Made by a program: the position numbers and the translations under genes. From assembly GCA_041659765.1 (NCBI GenBank), contig JBAZXR010000001.1:387419-451418 (forward strand): a stretch of 64,000 nucleotides of DNA. The letters run 5' to 3'. Source of the stretch: Patescibacteria group bacterium. GTDB lineage: Bacteria > Patescibacteriota > Patescibacteriia > UBA9934. Below, in pieces: positions 30,301 to 39,169 of this stretch. Numbering within the stretch: position 1 is the first letter of the stretch; each line of letters opens with the position of its first letter. Below the pieces are notes generated by a model that worked only from the letters and a program-made list of their open reading frames with translations, did no database searches and had not been told where the DNA came from.

Positions 30301-32449
30301 CCGAATCCGTTACCGTAATACGACAATTGTCATGTACGCCGTCGGCCAAGGTGTTAAACGTGACCGTGGTGTTCCCCGCGTTGGCGGATGTATTAGCGCT
30401 TGAACAATCGCCCAAATATGAGATGGTGCCAGACTCAGTAGAGAAGAATGTGTAATCCGGCGTCACGTCAAGAGTTTCAACCGGAACCGGCGTCGTTTCC
30501 GAGAGCACGGGCGCATCAGTATCGACCGTAAAAGCACTGACCGCCAAGAGGTTGCTCTGGTTAGTCGCCGCGTCTGTTAGTCTAATCGTACAGTTGTTAT
30601 GCAAACCCTGTCCTAGGGAATTAAAGGTAATGGTATTAGTACCTACCACCGCATCACTAGTTGAACTTGCACAATCACCTGTATAAGCGATTGTGCCTAC
30701 TTCGTCCGAACTAAATGAATAATCAGGGGTGATGTCTGAAGTAGCTGTGGGCACCGGAGTCACTTCCGCGATAGTCGGCGCCGTCACATCAATAGTGAAG
30801 GCGGAGACAGCTAAAATCGCGCTAATGTTACCAGCCGTATCAGTAACTCGAATCGTGCAATTAGTGTGCGAACCGGCTCCGAGCGTATTAAACGAAATAG
30901 CGTTAGACCCGGCCACCGCGGTTGTAATGCTGCTCGAACAGTCTCCACCGTAGGCAATAGAACCAGCCTCGTTTGAAGTAAACGTATAAGCTGGCGTAGT
31001 GTCATTAGTTGGGCTAGATACCGGAACACTTTCTGTTAGAGTCGGCACCGCAGTATCTATCACCTGACTGGCAGCGTTCAGGAGGGCTCCGTCAGTTGGT
31101 CCGTCGTTAGTTGAGGCTACAAACACGCCAACATCGCCGTTTTGGCTGACTACCAAGTCCCCGCCAGCGTCTGAGTACACCGGTAGCAAAAAGGTTAAAA
31201 GAGAATTGTTGGTTGGCGTACCGGCAATGTCCGTTGTCACGTAAAGCCGCAAGCCTCCAGCTGGAATTGTGTCCGTCAGCGAGCCGAGGCGCCATTCTTG
31301 ATTATTGGTCGAGTTAACCGTCATGGTGCCGAGAACTACATCCTGAGCGTTCTGGAAACCGGCTGTAGTTCCATTCTCCTTCCACACTTTTACGGCAGCA
31401 ATATCCGTGGCGTTAACTGCTCCGCCGTTATTTCTGACGCCCAAGCCCCGCAATTGATCCGCCTGAATATCAAGTACACTATTTGGCGCAGCGCCGCCAG
31501 CCGTACCCTGATCCACCACGATACTCCGGGTTGAATCTATCGGCGACGAACCCGTGTACCCGCAACCCTGCGTACCTGCTCCAGCCCCATCACAGTCAGC
31601 GGCAAAGTTCACCAACGCGTTCCCAGCCACCAGACCGGCCAACGAATACACGTTATCGTCAGCAGTTGAAGAATAGGTTAGTTCGCCCGCAAAGTTTTCA
31701 ATAAAAATATCTTCACCGTTATCATAAGCAGCATCACCGTCACCACCCATGGCCACGGAAGTAGCGAAAGCCCAAGCATTGGTGACTTCAGTAGCGGCGG
31801 CTGTAGCAGAAGTACCTAAAATGTAAGTGCCGTTGTCACTCCCGGCGTTGCCACAGTTACCGTCCGTATCAATCCTAACAGCCGTTGGAGCCGTCAGACT
31901 GTTCGTGCAAACAGCCCGCCCTCCCTGAGCGATGTTATTGCCCATGGCCACCAGAGCCCCGCCAATATCAATTGAGGCGCTGACCGTGCCAATGCCGGTC
32001 GTAGTAGAACCATCGCCGTCCACTAGCGTATCAGCGGCGGAGGTGTAGACACTGTCCGCATCGAGATCACGCACAACCTGTTCGGTTCCCTGGAACCCGC
32101 CCGTACCATCCTCTTTATAACCAACACCGTTCACCGAGCCAAGGGCTGTAAAAATAGACAAAACGTTCCCTTGAAAGAACGTAGCCGAGCCAGCCTTCTT
32201 TACAATATCCGCGGTGTACGCCGTTCCGTTCCACGCGTCAGGTATCCCAACATCGAGCACCAAAATATTCGTCGCGTTGGCCTTGGCTCTGGCCGCCGGG
32301 GCGCCGTTATTTGTGTAATGCGTCAGCAGTGCTGCGACCGCTATTTCCGTTCTGTGAAGTCTTGAGCTTAGAACGAGCGCGATCGTCGAACCGCCAATCA
32401 ACGTCACAGCCAGAAGCATTACTGCACGGGTCTGTTTATGCATAAACAT
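27329..32449 (-). CDS. giant (1706 aa) membrane-anchored cell-surface protein with tandem Ig-like repeats and C-terminal DUF11-like domains
   Basis: N-terminal signal anchor. There are at least 7 copies of a ~95-aa unit (TP.YTF.S.E.G.I.Y.GDCSS.......G.N.ITFNTL..G.H.NCTI.VTD.AGN.S..LAVS.FT.D) alternating with a second ~120-aa unit. The C-terminus has DUF11-like LTKDTVPPT...VTDDTCWP and VSNPGTVHITDVEVTDDYCEP. Confidence 0.6.
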   Translation of the reverse strand: MFMHKQTRAVMLLAVTLIGGSTIALVLSSRLHRTEIAVAALLTHYTNNGAPAARAKANATNILVLDVGIPDAWNGTAYTADIVKKAGSATFFQGNVLSIFTALGSVNGVGYKEDGTGGFQGTEQVVRDLDADSVYTSAADTLVDGDGSTTTGIGTVSASIDIGGALVAMGNNIAQGGRAVCTNSLTAPTAVRIDTDGNCGNAGSDNGTYILGTSATAAATEVTNAWAFATSVAMGGDGDAAYDNGEDIFIENFAGELTYSSTADDNVYSLAGLVAGNALVNFAADCDGAGAGTQGCGYTGSSPIDSTRSIVVDQGTAGGAAPNSVLDIQADQLRGLGVRNNGGAVNATDIAAVKVWKENGTTAGFQNAQDVVLGTMTVNSTNNQEWRLGSLTDTIPAGGLRLYVTTDIAGTPTNNSLLTFLLPVYSDAGGDLVVSQNGDVGVFVASTNDGPTDGALLNAASQVIDTAVPTLTESVPVSSPTNDTTPAYTFTSNEAGSIAYGGDCSSSITTAVAGSNAISFNTLGAGSHTNCTIRVTDTAGNISAILAVSAFTIDVTAPTIAEVTPVPTATSDITPDYSFSSDEVGTIAYTGDCASSTSDAVVGTNTITFNSLGQGLHNNCTIRLTDAATNQSNLLAVSAFTVDTDAPVLSETTPVPVETLDVTPDYTFFSTESGTISYLGDCSSANTSANAGNTTVTFNTLADGVHDNCRITVTDSAGNPSALLVVSTFEVDTTPPSVMNVTSSSPNGEYAPGAAIPITITFNETVYVTNRPRLQLETGDTDEYALYEAGNGTDTLTFDYYVQTGNASLDLDYLATTSLTLNGGTIKDAAADPAVLTLPAPGAAGSLGANKALVIVPTTADTTAPFVNDVFSVTANGAYAAGSVITLLVHWSETVVVTNTPELTLNTAPVAAVATYVSGSGDHELLFRFTVGADMLASDLDYASVSALSLGGGTIMDLAGNNADLVLPSPGGIGSLSATSALLIDSITPTLSETTPVDTFTNDPTPAYTFNSSEAGTIIFGGDCSSGMTSAVSGSNLITFNTLADGLHNNCTVKVRDTAGNENVALAVTPFTVNTSIPLVINVTSSVANGIYGVGAVIPIQVAFDEVVIASGLPRITLETGSINAHAIYVSGSNSSILTFNYTVSSGDSASRLDYLNSSALTYDGGSIEDQAGNSALLTLPIPGATGSLGANKNIEIDTVAPFLFEVTPVYTPTIDTTPSYVFNSTSAGVITYGGGCTSVTVNATAGDNTITFSTLTVGSYNNCTITVSDAADNDSNVLAVSPFSVSSPQQAGFLNVQIASIRLTKDTVPPTLSSVGLPVIYGYKVFNSGNTVLYNIRVTDDTCWPVTFSGGDTDGDGTLGLAEVWKYSCSTVLDKSTFNIATVTAEHSGRQITDTAELYVPVMELGVSIGISLDKSAIPTFLPSTGGQATFTYKVSNPGTVHITDVEVTDDYCEPVSYASGDVDNDGKLDPDEIWVYSCMDMITETTTNKGLVTGIAKGLPVQDDAQVTISIEEQSFDVVPGEGIKPGLEGLKQLGIPMHALLKVKGNQAVYYIGADGLAHPFPRERIFFTWYCDYGDLAIVDQELFSKLGRGADVSFAPGVLMIKRPEDSKVYAIEKGSVLRWIVSEELASALYGKNWNKTIIDVVNFDGYTLGKEISTASDYNSLTARKAVTYPSDGMGIDGYTDSLPGEGLACLDRWRSSAR
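28500..31100. repeat. in-frame tandem coding repeats within the giant surface protein gene
   Basis: Repeated nucleotide and peptide units are visible across ~2.6 kb. Confidence 0.6.
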
Positions 32450-32498
32450 TTAGTAGATTACGCTGAGTATAGCAGTTTTTGCACTACAAAAAAACATA

Positions 32499-32530
32499 CC
32501 CCCCTTTGGGAGGGTATGTAAAAAACTGCT
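32499..32530 (-). terminator. intrinsic terminator of the small PLDc_N gene
   Basis: On the minus strand: ACATACCCTCCC-aaagg-GGGGTATGT followed by TTTTTTTG. Confidence 0.5.
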
Positions 32531-32565
32531 TGGCTACCCCAAGTAGAACCATGGAAGTATGCGTC

Positions 32566-32745
32566 TTACTTTCCGCGCCCTAGGAAGTAATAGATCAGCA
32601 GACCGACAAGCGGGAAAAGCAGAATGAGCAAGGTCCAAAGTAACTTTGTAACCATGTCCTTTGAACTCTTGAAGATTTCGATGATCACGACAATGTCGAG
32701 GATCAAAATGATCAAACCAATCAACCCACCGAAGCGAAAGTCCAT
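32566..32745 (-). CDS. PLDc_N-family small membrane protein (59 aa), missed by the ORF track
   Basis: MDFRFGGLIGLIILILDIVVIIEIFKSSKDMVTKLLWTLLILLFPLVGLLIYYFLGRGK matches the PLDc_N consensus (LLW.L.IL..P..G...Y...GR). The 105-aa track ORF in another frame is rejected. Confidence 0.5.
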   Translation of the reverse strand: MDFRFGGLIGLIILILDIVVIIEIFKSSKDMVTKLLWTLLILLFPLVGLLIYYFLGRGK

Positions 32746-32792
32746 AGAAATAGATAATGGATACTGAATACAAAGAGTATACGCTATTCCCG

Positions 32793-33851
32793 TTACGGTG
32801 CGGATACCGTAAACGGAACACGACCCAACACCTGCCCTCGCTCTGTTTCAATACTCACCCGCCATCTGCCCGGAGCGAGATTCGACTTATACGTATAGCC
32901 CCGGTAGCCAGCGCTTCTCCCTCCTACCATGGGAAATGACAGCCGGCTTTGTGTGACCCATTTTCGCTCATCTGCATCATAGAATTGCCACTCATGGTAG
33001 ATCACCGTGCTCAAATTCGTAGGGGCAAAGATGGCCGTGTAGGCATACACTCTGCCGGCTGAACCTGCCCTAATTTTCTGACCAGGTATAAGACTGGCGA
33101 GCAATGATTCTGGTTGTCCAACGAGCTCGTACCCACCGTTCCGAACCACAATGTCTTCATACATTCCCGCATCTCTGATAGAAAGCGGTATGGGAGGAAT
33201 AATATTCAAAAAGTAGAGCGCGTTCATGCTGATGAAGACGGCCGCTACAGCAAAAAGAATTTGTGTGCGCTGCTTCCGAATGTGGGGAGTAAAGTATGCG
33301 AGCACAAGGGTAAACAAGACTACAAAGAGCACGCCCGTAACTCCTGCGGATACAAACGTCCAGGCGCTCAGTGAAGTGAAGACAAACGGAAACAACAGCG
33401 TAAAATAGGAGAAGACAATAAACGCGTAGACGCCCACCTGGACTTTTGGCAAGAGATAAAAGTGCCGGAAGACTTCGTTTGAAGCCATGAGAAGCACAAT
33501 GAGGATCATGATCGGCCAGCTCGCAGAAACAGACCCGCTGAACCAGTAGAAAAGCAACGAGGAGCTTAACAGCGAACCAAAACTGATCTGCAAAAGAAAC
33601 GGCATCCCTGCACGAAGATATTTCAAGATGATGTTTTGAGGCACCGTCTGCCTTCCGTCATAGATGTTGCTATACATGATGGCAAAACCGGAAAACAAGG
33701 CGTGGGCGCCAAGGAGAAGAAATGTGCTATTTATCTGGAGGGCGCGGAAGGTAACAATGTCAACCAAGAAACCGAACAAGAGCAGGCTCGGGATCAGCAC
33801 CCGTTCATACTTCTCGTAAAAAGCGCGCAATTGTTTATCGAGTCTGGCCAT
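32793..33851 (-). CDS. polytopic membrane protein with C-terminal soluble beta-rich domain, hypothetical
   Basis: About 8 TM helices followed by a ~120-aa hydrophilic C-terminus. Confidence 0.35.
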   Translation of the reverse strand: MARLDKQLRAFYEKYERVLIPSLLLFGFLVDIVTFRALQINSTFLLLGAHALFSGFAIMYSNIYDGRQTVPQNIILKYLRAGMPFLLQISFGSLLSSSLLFYWFSGSVSASWPIMILIVLLMASNEVFRHFYLLPKVQVGVYAFIVFSYFTLLFPFVFTSLSAWTFVSAGVTGVLFVVLFTLVLAYFTPHIRKQRTQILFAVAAVFISMNALYFLNIIPPIPLSIRDAGMYEDIVVRNGGYELVGQPESLLASLIPGQKIRAGSAGRVYAYTAIFAPTNLSTVIYHEWQFYDADERKWVTQSRLSFPMVGGRSAGYRGYTYKSNLAPGRWRVSIETERGQVLGRVPFTVSAP

Positions 33852-33960
33852 GCACCGTTAGTTGGTTCGCGATACCTCCTTGCCGACACTATATGCCGGG
33901 AGGAAACCTTCGGGAAGGTCACGCACCGGCTAGTCGCACTGTAGCACTAAATTAATTAGA

Positions 33961-35847
33961 TTAATCAAGCGGTTTGCAAACAGGTGAGTTGGCCACTAAC
34001 AAGGTAGTGGTCAGTCCGTAACCATAAGCCCAGCTCGCTTTGAGCTTGGTGGCGCGCGTCATTGGCAGATCACTCATGCTTGATGGCCAAGTGAAGGGGA
34101 GCTTTCCAGTGAATGGTTCATCGCCGAACAAGACATCGGCTAAACCCTGGCCCTCTGTGCCGGGCAGCCAAGCCATGACCAATGAATCCCAGTTCCCTAC
34201 CTGATCAGCGATGATCATTGGTCTGCCGCCGAGTAAAATAACCACTACTTTATCGGCTTTTTCTTTTACTCGAAGGATAATATCTAGATCGTGCTGGTCG
34301 AGATGTAGGTCTGCGCGATCCCCCACTCCCTCCGCGTATGGTTTCTCGCCAACAACTACAATCGCCACCGAAGCATGAGCCTTAAAATATCCGTCAGCGG
34401 AAAAGTCCACGACCGTGCTAGGCGAAACGGTGGCTCTGACAGCTTCAAGGATGGTGGTACCGGGCGTGATCTCGCCCAGACCACCCTGCCAGGTCATGGT
34501 CCAACCACCAGATTGCATACCAATGTCATCCGCCCCCGCCCCGGCCACCAGAATGAGCGGAGTAGTCTTAGGCAGCGGCAAGAGGTTATCCTCATTCTTA
34601 AGGAGTACAGCCGACTGCGATACTGCCTGACGAGCCAGTTCGCGGTGAGCGAGCGAGCCAATAGCACCTACGTCAGGTAGGACGTACTCGTCACTGTCAA
34701 AGTAACCCTTCTCAAACTTTACCCGGAGAATTCTACTGACCGCGTCATCAACTCTCGACTCGGCCACTTCTTTGCTGTCCACGGCTAACGTAAGTTCGTG
34801 AATAAAAACTTCCGGCTCTTTCGACAGCATCACCATGTCCAAACCGGCGTTCACCGAGCGGACAATATTCGCGTGGTAATCCGGTCCCAAGCTTTTCAAC
34901 CCATCCCAATCGGAAACTACAAAACCCGTAAAACCCAGCTCGGTCTTCAATATGTCTGTCAGGAGGTGCTGGTCAATGTGAATCTTTGTTAACCGCCAAG
35001 AATTAAGTGACACCATGACGGTTTTAGCCCCAGCCTGAAGAGCCGCCTTAAAAGGTGGCAAATAGACTTTTTTAAGTTCTGTCTCAGAAATCTCCGAACC
35101 TCCCTGGTCAATCGCATATTGCTCGTGCCCAGAAGTTCCCCACACGGCTGCCCCAGCACTCACGTAATGCTTAGCCGTAGCAAGTACGCCCTCAGCTTGC
35201 AAACCCTTTATATAAGCGGCACCGAGCTGGCCTACCAGTTCAGTATTCTCAGAGAAACCCTCATATGTTCTTCCCCAGCGATAATCCTGCGGAACCTCCA
35301 GCGCCGGTGCAAAATCCCAAAAAATACCGGTAGCGGCTAATTCCTGAGCGGTGGCCGCGCCAATTCTTTCTACCAGTTCTGGGTTACGCGTGGCACCGAG
35401 TCCGATATTATGCGGAAAAATAGTTGCGCCGTAGACATTGCCATGGCCATGCACGGCGTCAATGCCGTACAACAACGGAATATGCCAACGCGACGTGACC
35501 CGCGAAGATTCGTAGCTCTCTACCATGGTCCGCCACGCGTCGGACGTGTTGACCGTCGGGACAGCCCCGCCGCCTGATAAAACTGCCCCCAGCTGAAGCT
35601 GGCTAACCTGTTCCGGTGATACAGAGCGAATATCAGCCATGGTCATCTGGCCAATCTTCTCCGTAAGCGACATCCGTCCGACTAAATCCTGAACACGTTT
35701 TTCCACGGACAGCGCCTGATCTTCATAAGGCAAGCTTGCTGATTGTGGCATAACTGGTTGATTAACAAAATCATCGGCCGCCCAAAGTGGTGGGGCCAGC
35801 AATAACACGATGAAAAAGATAATTAGCGGCTTAATCCAGATCATCAA
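33961..35847 (-). CDS. glycoside hydrolase family 3 (BglX/NagZ-like), secreted
   Basis: Signal peptide, N-terminal GH3 domain with KHYVSAGAAVWG and FVVSDWDGL (catalytic Asp region), and a GH3 C-terminal domain. Confidence 0.75.
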   Translation of the reverse strand: MMIWIKPLIIFFIVLLLAPPLWAADDFVNQPVMPQSASLPYEDQALSVEKRVQDLVGRMSLTEKIGQMTMADIRSVSPEQVSQLQLGAVLSGGGAVPTVNTSDAWRTMVESYESSRVTSRWHIPLLYGIDAVHGHGNVYGATIFPHNIGLGATRNPELVERIGAATAQELAATGIFWDFAPALEVPQDYRWGRTYEGFSENTELVGQLGAAYIKGLQAEGVLATAKHYVSAGAAVWGTSGHEQYAIDQGGSEISETELKKVYLPPFKAALQAGAKTVMVSLNSWRLTKIHIDQHLLTDILKTELGFTGFVVSDWDGLKSLGPDYHANIVRSVNAGLDMVMLSKEPEVFIHELTLAVDSKEVAESRVDDAVSRILRVKFEKGYFDSDEYVLPDVGAIGSLAHRELARQAVSQSAVLLKNEDNLLPLPKTTPLILVAGAGADDIGMQSGGWTMTWQGGLGEITPGTTILEAVRATVSPSTVVDFSADGYFKAHASVAIVVVGEKPYAEGVGDRADLHLDQHDLDIILRVKEKADKVVVILLGGRPMIIADQVGNWDSLVMAWLPGTEGQGLADVLFGDEPFTGKLPFTWPSSMSDLPMTRATKLKASWAYGYGLTTTLLVANSPVCKPLD

Positions 35848-35893
35848 GTCAATGTAGCTGACTCACCTGGAATGTCAACTAATTTTTTGCGTA

Positions 35894-36469
35894 TTATTTT
35901 ACTTTTACTGCCCGTTCAACCTCCTGCCAAATTTCATTTCTATTCTTGGCCGAATCGACAGAATGTTCGATAACCTTTACGCCAGGATATTTTTCGGCGA
36001 GCGCGTCGTGCAGCTTAGTCACTTCGAGCCTCTTCAACTGATCCATCTTATTCGCAATGAGCACAAACGGAATCTTATTTGCTTGCAGCCAGCCGAGCAT
36101 TTCTGCGTCAAGCGCACTCAAAGGAATTCTCGCATCGATAATTAAAAGAACGAGCTTTAAGTGCGGTGACTCCTTTAAATAGTCCAGGATCATGTCCGCA
36201 AAGGCTTCACGCTGTTGGAGCGATTTTCGAGCATACCCGTAGCCCGGCAGATCGACAAGGAAGAACTTCTCGTTAATCTCGTACATGTTAATCGTCTGCG
36301 TTCTGCCCGGTTGCGAAGACACGCGTGCGAGGTTCTTTCTGCTCGTCAGATGGTTAATCATGGAGGACTTCCCCACATTCGACCTTCCCACCATGGCCAC
36401 ATGCGGCTTCTTCTCCTTTGGTAGTCCATCGAGTGAAACAGCGCTTGAGTGATAGGTGGCGGAGATCAT
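35894..36469 (-). CDS. engB: ribosome biogenesis GTPase EngB/YsxC
   Basis: VAMVGRSNVGKSSMIN G1 motif, LVDLPGYGYA G3 motif and NKMDQL G4 motif. The start is probably MISAT (36469) rather than the 36514 of the track. Confidence 0.75.
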   Translation of the reverse strand: MISATYHSSAVSLDGLPKEKKPHVAMVGRSNVGKSSMINHLTSRKNLARVSSQPGRTQTINMYEINEKFFLVDLPGYGYARKSLQQREAFADMILDYLKESPHLKLVLLIIDARIPLSALDAEMLGWLQANKIPFVLIANKMDQLKRLEVTKLHDALAEKYPGVKVIEHSVDSAKNRNEIWQEVERAVKVK

Positions 36470-36506
36470 ATTTTGTCTAAAGTGTAGCCCAAAAGACAAA
36501 ATTGAA

Positions 36507-36992
36507 CTACTCAATGATCGTAGTGTTCGTCAGTTTTAGTCGAATTCCGGCGAGGTCTGGCTGGGATACATCATTACCTCGGAGATCAAGAAGACGGAGA
36601 TTACTTAACTGACCGAGCTCGTTGGGCAGGCCAGTCAGCTGATTATTAGACAGGTCAAGTGCTTCCAGTTTTGACAGCTGACCAATTTCCGACGGCACAC
36701 CGGTCATCTGATTCCTACTAGCATTCAGCAAGCGCAGATTTTTCAGCTGACCGATTTGTGACGGCAAAGCACCGGTCAACGAGTTGTTAGAAAGGTTGAG
36801 TTCGGTCAGATCTCCCCGATCAAAGATATTGCCTGGAACAGCCGTTAGCCCGGTCCCACTTAAATCCATCTTGGTCGATAACATTCCAGATTCGGCAAAG
36901 TTATTAACTTTAGAAGCCAACTCATTACTAGCGCACCCAGCCCCAAGCAAGACAACTCCCATAACCAAGCTAAGTGCAAAAGGCAGCTTCAT
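36507..36992 (-). CDS. leucine-rich repeat lipoprotein
   Basis: Lipobox LLGAGCAS, then five ~23-aa LRRs (LxxLxLSNNQLTGLPxEIGQLSNLRxLDL). Confidence 0.65.
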   Translation of the reverse strand: MKLPFALSLVMGVVLLGAGCASNELASKVNNFAESGMLSTKMDLSGTGLTAVPGNIFDRGDLTELNLSNNSLTGALPSQIGQLKNLRLLNASRNQMTGVPSEIGQLSKLEALDLSNNQLTGLPNELGQLSNLRLLDLRGNDVSQPDLAGIRLKLTNTTIIE

Positions 36993-37085
36993 AGAACTTC
37001 ACGCTACCACGAATATTCGATTGTGACGATCGATTGACAAAACCACTCTCAACCGCTATGCTTTTATGTTCCTTGGAGGTACACC

Positions 37086-37460
37086 GTGAGTTTGCAACGA
37101 TTCATCATTCACTTCCCCGAGCCGAACGACGGCAAGGGTCCGGACACACTGGAATACATTTCGGTCGATTCCGAGTCCGATGTCAGTGCGGAGACCGTGC
37201 TCAATATGCTCTCGGGTCTCCATCTCGGCTGGTCAGATCCCGCGGTACGTGTGGTCAAAGAAACAAAGGAGATGGTGCCGACGCTCGAAGAGTTCGTCAC
37301 CGCCCGCCTGGAACACATCATCAAGAGGCTGGACCGTACTCCTGAGGGATTCGTCAAGGAGTCAAAGGGACACCGCACAACCCGGCTCAGAGAGAAGCGC
37401 GACGCCGAGGCTCTGCTCAAGCACAAACTCGTTGAGATCAAGCGTCTGACCGGCAAGTGA
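37086..37460 (+). CDS. hypothetical protein
   Basis: 124-aa ORF with no family recognised. Confidence 0.3.
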   Translation: MSLQRFIIHFPEPNDGKGPDTLEYISVDSESDVSAETVLNMLSGLHLGWSDPAVRVVKETKEMVPTLEEFVTARLEHIIKRLDRTPEGFVKESKGHRTTRLREKRDAEALLKHKLVEIKRLTGK

Positions 37461-37576
37461 CCCCTCCGTCAATACCCCGTTGATTGTCCGCCCACCGGCA
37501 CGATCAGCGGGTGATTTTTTTCCAGTAAAAAAAGAGCAAAATATCTTCGCTCTTTTCTCTTATTGATTCGCCTAAC

Positions 37577-37726
37577 CTACACCGGGCTTTGACCCTTAAT
37601 TAGTCTAATGAGAACCACGATCACCGCAATCACGAGGAGAATGTGAATGAATCCACCGAGCGTGTTTGCGCTGACAACACCCAGTAGCCAGAGAATGATG
37701 AGGATAACGGCGATGGTCCACAACAT
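37577..37726 (-). CDS. lmo0937-family small membrane protein (49 aa), missed by the ORF track
   Basis: MLWTIAVILIILWLLGVVSANTLGGFIHILLVIAVIVVLIRLIKGQSPV is a close match to the lmo0937 family pattern (MLWTI..IL..LWLLG...GG.IHILLVIA). Confidence 0.5.
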   Translation of the reverse strand: MLWTIAVILIILWLLGVVSANTLGGFIHILLVIAVIVVLIRLIKGQSPV

Positions 37727-37729
37727 AGG

Positions 37730-38056
37730 TTAGGCTTTATGGTCGGCTTTATATTCTGCCTCCATCTCGTGCCACTTGGCTTGGAGCGTGTGCACGAGTG
37801 AGTTTCTGGCGTCAATGACGAGCGCCTTGTCCTTGGCGTATTCGTCTACTACCTTTTCCACCAACTCATTGTACTTATCCTGCGTCACGTCCTCGAGCTC
37901 ATGAAGCGCCTTGGTCAGATGCTTAGCAATGGACTTCAAATCTTTTTGTAAATCTTCACTGAGGTCTTTACCCTCTTTAGTCATGGCAAAACCAATCGCT
38001 GCGCCCGCGGTCAAAATACCGCCCAAGATGAGTCCTTTCTTAAAAATATTTTTCAT
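37730..38056 (-). CDS. YtxH-domain protein
   Basis: KGLILGGILTAGAAIGFAMTKEGKDLSEDL N-terminus typical of YtxH, with a helical remainder. Confidence 0.5.
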   Translation of the reverse strand: MKNIFKKGLILGGILTAGAAIGFAMTKEGKDLSEDLQKDLKSIAKHLTKALHELEDVTQDKYNELVEKVVDEYAKDKALVIDARNSLVHTLQAKWHEMEAEYKADHKA

Positions 38057-38059
38057 ATC

Positions 38060-38335
38060 TTAAACTCTACCACACATTTTCTCCTTTTCTTTCTTTGTCA
38101 ATCTCTTCACCTCCGCTTCTCGAACCCTCGCCGCAGTCGCGGATTTCATCTTCTTCGAATACGCCAACACTACAGGCCCAAACGCCCGTGTGTACTTCGC
38201 GCCCTTACCGGCGTTGTGAACCAAAACACGAGCAGCCACGTCTGTGGTGATGCCCGTGTAAAGGCTGCCGTTCTTGCAGCGGACGATGTAGAGGAACCAC
38301 GCAGGAATATGGTGTGCGTTATGACCGTTCGACAA
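38060..38335 (-). CDS. GIY-YIG nuclease family protein (UPF0213/YhbQ-like)
   Basis: WFLYIVRCKNGSLYTGITTDVAARVLVHNAGKGAKYTR...PVVLAY is the GIY-YIG motif set. Confidence 0.7.
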   Translation of the reverse strand: MSNGHNAHHIPAWFLYIVRCKNGSLYTGITTDVAARVLVHNAGKGAKYTRAFGPVVLAYSKKMKSATAARVREAEVKRLTKKEKEKMCGRV

Positions 38336-38774
38336 TTTCCTTCAGCTTTGCCAATGCCTTTGGCCAAGTGTCATTGAACATTTCTGCAAGTTCCGAAGCA
38401 CCTTCAAGATCGACGGCGACTTCCGTGCCGCTATCAACGGTAGTGAATGTGTAGTTTTCAAATGCGTTTGCCCACTTCTTTACCTCATCGCTCGTCGTAT
38501 CTTCCACACCATTTTTATACAGCCCATAGTGGTGCAGAGAAATAAACTCATACGGTTTGTTCTCTACAACTTCCGCCACCATTCCGCCTTCTACGCCGTC
38601 TCTTGGATCAGGGCCAAGGAAGAGCATCTTGGATCCCTTGCTCCAGTCACCCTTGAAATACGATCCCGCGTTAAAGGCTGCGGTCCACTCTCGATAGCTC
38701 TGGTCTTCAAGCATGGTGCTCCATACTTTTTCTTTTGGAGCGTTGATAACAACGGTGTAGTGCAATTTTTCCAT
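38319..38774 (-). CDS. SRPBCC/AHSA1-like (activator of Hsp90 ATPase homolog) domain protein
   Basis: Sequence features IINAPKEKVWSTM...WT and length typical of the AHSA1 domain. Confidence 0.5.
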   Translation of the reverse strand: MEKLHYTVVINAPKEKVWSTMLEDQSYREWTAAFNAGSYFKGDWSKGSKMLFLGPDPRDGVEGGMVAEVVENKPYEFISLHHYGLYKNGVEDTTSDEVKKWANAFENYTFTTVDSGTEVAVDLEGASELAEMFNDTWPKALAKLKEIVERS

Positions 38775-38783
38775 AAAATATAT

Positions 38784-39113
38784 TTAAAGTTTCGCCATTG
38801 ATACTGCGAATTCTTCGTCCGTAGCCTGTTCTCCGTCAAGCTCGGCAAAATGATGTGCTTGCCAGTACGGAAGTTCACTCATGTTCTTTCTCGTCAAACG
38901 TTCTGCGAGTGATCGATCTCCCCCGGCAACCGCGTCCAAGAAGAACAACACGCCGCCTTCGAATATCTCTTCGGCCGGCTTGATCTGACCCTCGACCGAA
39001 TCAAACTTACACACCGGCCCATCCGGTGATTCGAATCCCATATCGCCCGCATGTGCTCCCTCCAGTGGCATTCCGCACGTGATACATGATTTCATATGGG
39101 GATAGATTACCAT
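38784..39113 (-). CDS. zinc-ribbon hypothetical protein
   Basis: CITCGMP...C N-terminus; 109 aa. Confidence 0.3.
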   Translation of the reverse strand: MVIYPHMKSCITCGMPLEGAHAGDMGFESPDGPVCKFDSVEGQIKPAEEIFEGGVLFFLDAVAGGDRSLAERLTRKNMSELPYWQAHHFAELDGEQATDEEFAVSMAKL

Positions 39114-39169
39114 CTGCGCCTAACCTCGACAATACAAAAATCCCAGCGTTGCAGCTGGGATTTTGATTC

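Noticed and set aside
28500-31100. Tandem repeats that could be mistaken for a CRISPR-like array
   Set aside because: The repeats are ~285-360 nt in-frame protein-coding units inside one long ORF. They are not short direct repeats with unique spacers.
32534-32851. 105-aa track ORF
   Set aside because: It is in the wrong frame. The same DNA encodes a textbook PLDc_N micro-protein in another frame on the same strand, with its own terminator.
34375-35340. Several 60-100-aa ORFs inside the GH3 gene on the opposite strand
   Set aside because: They lie fully within a well-supported 628-aa GH3 CDS and have no independent signals.
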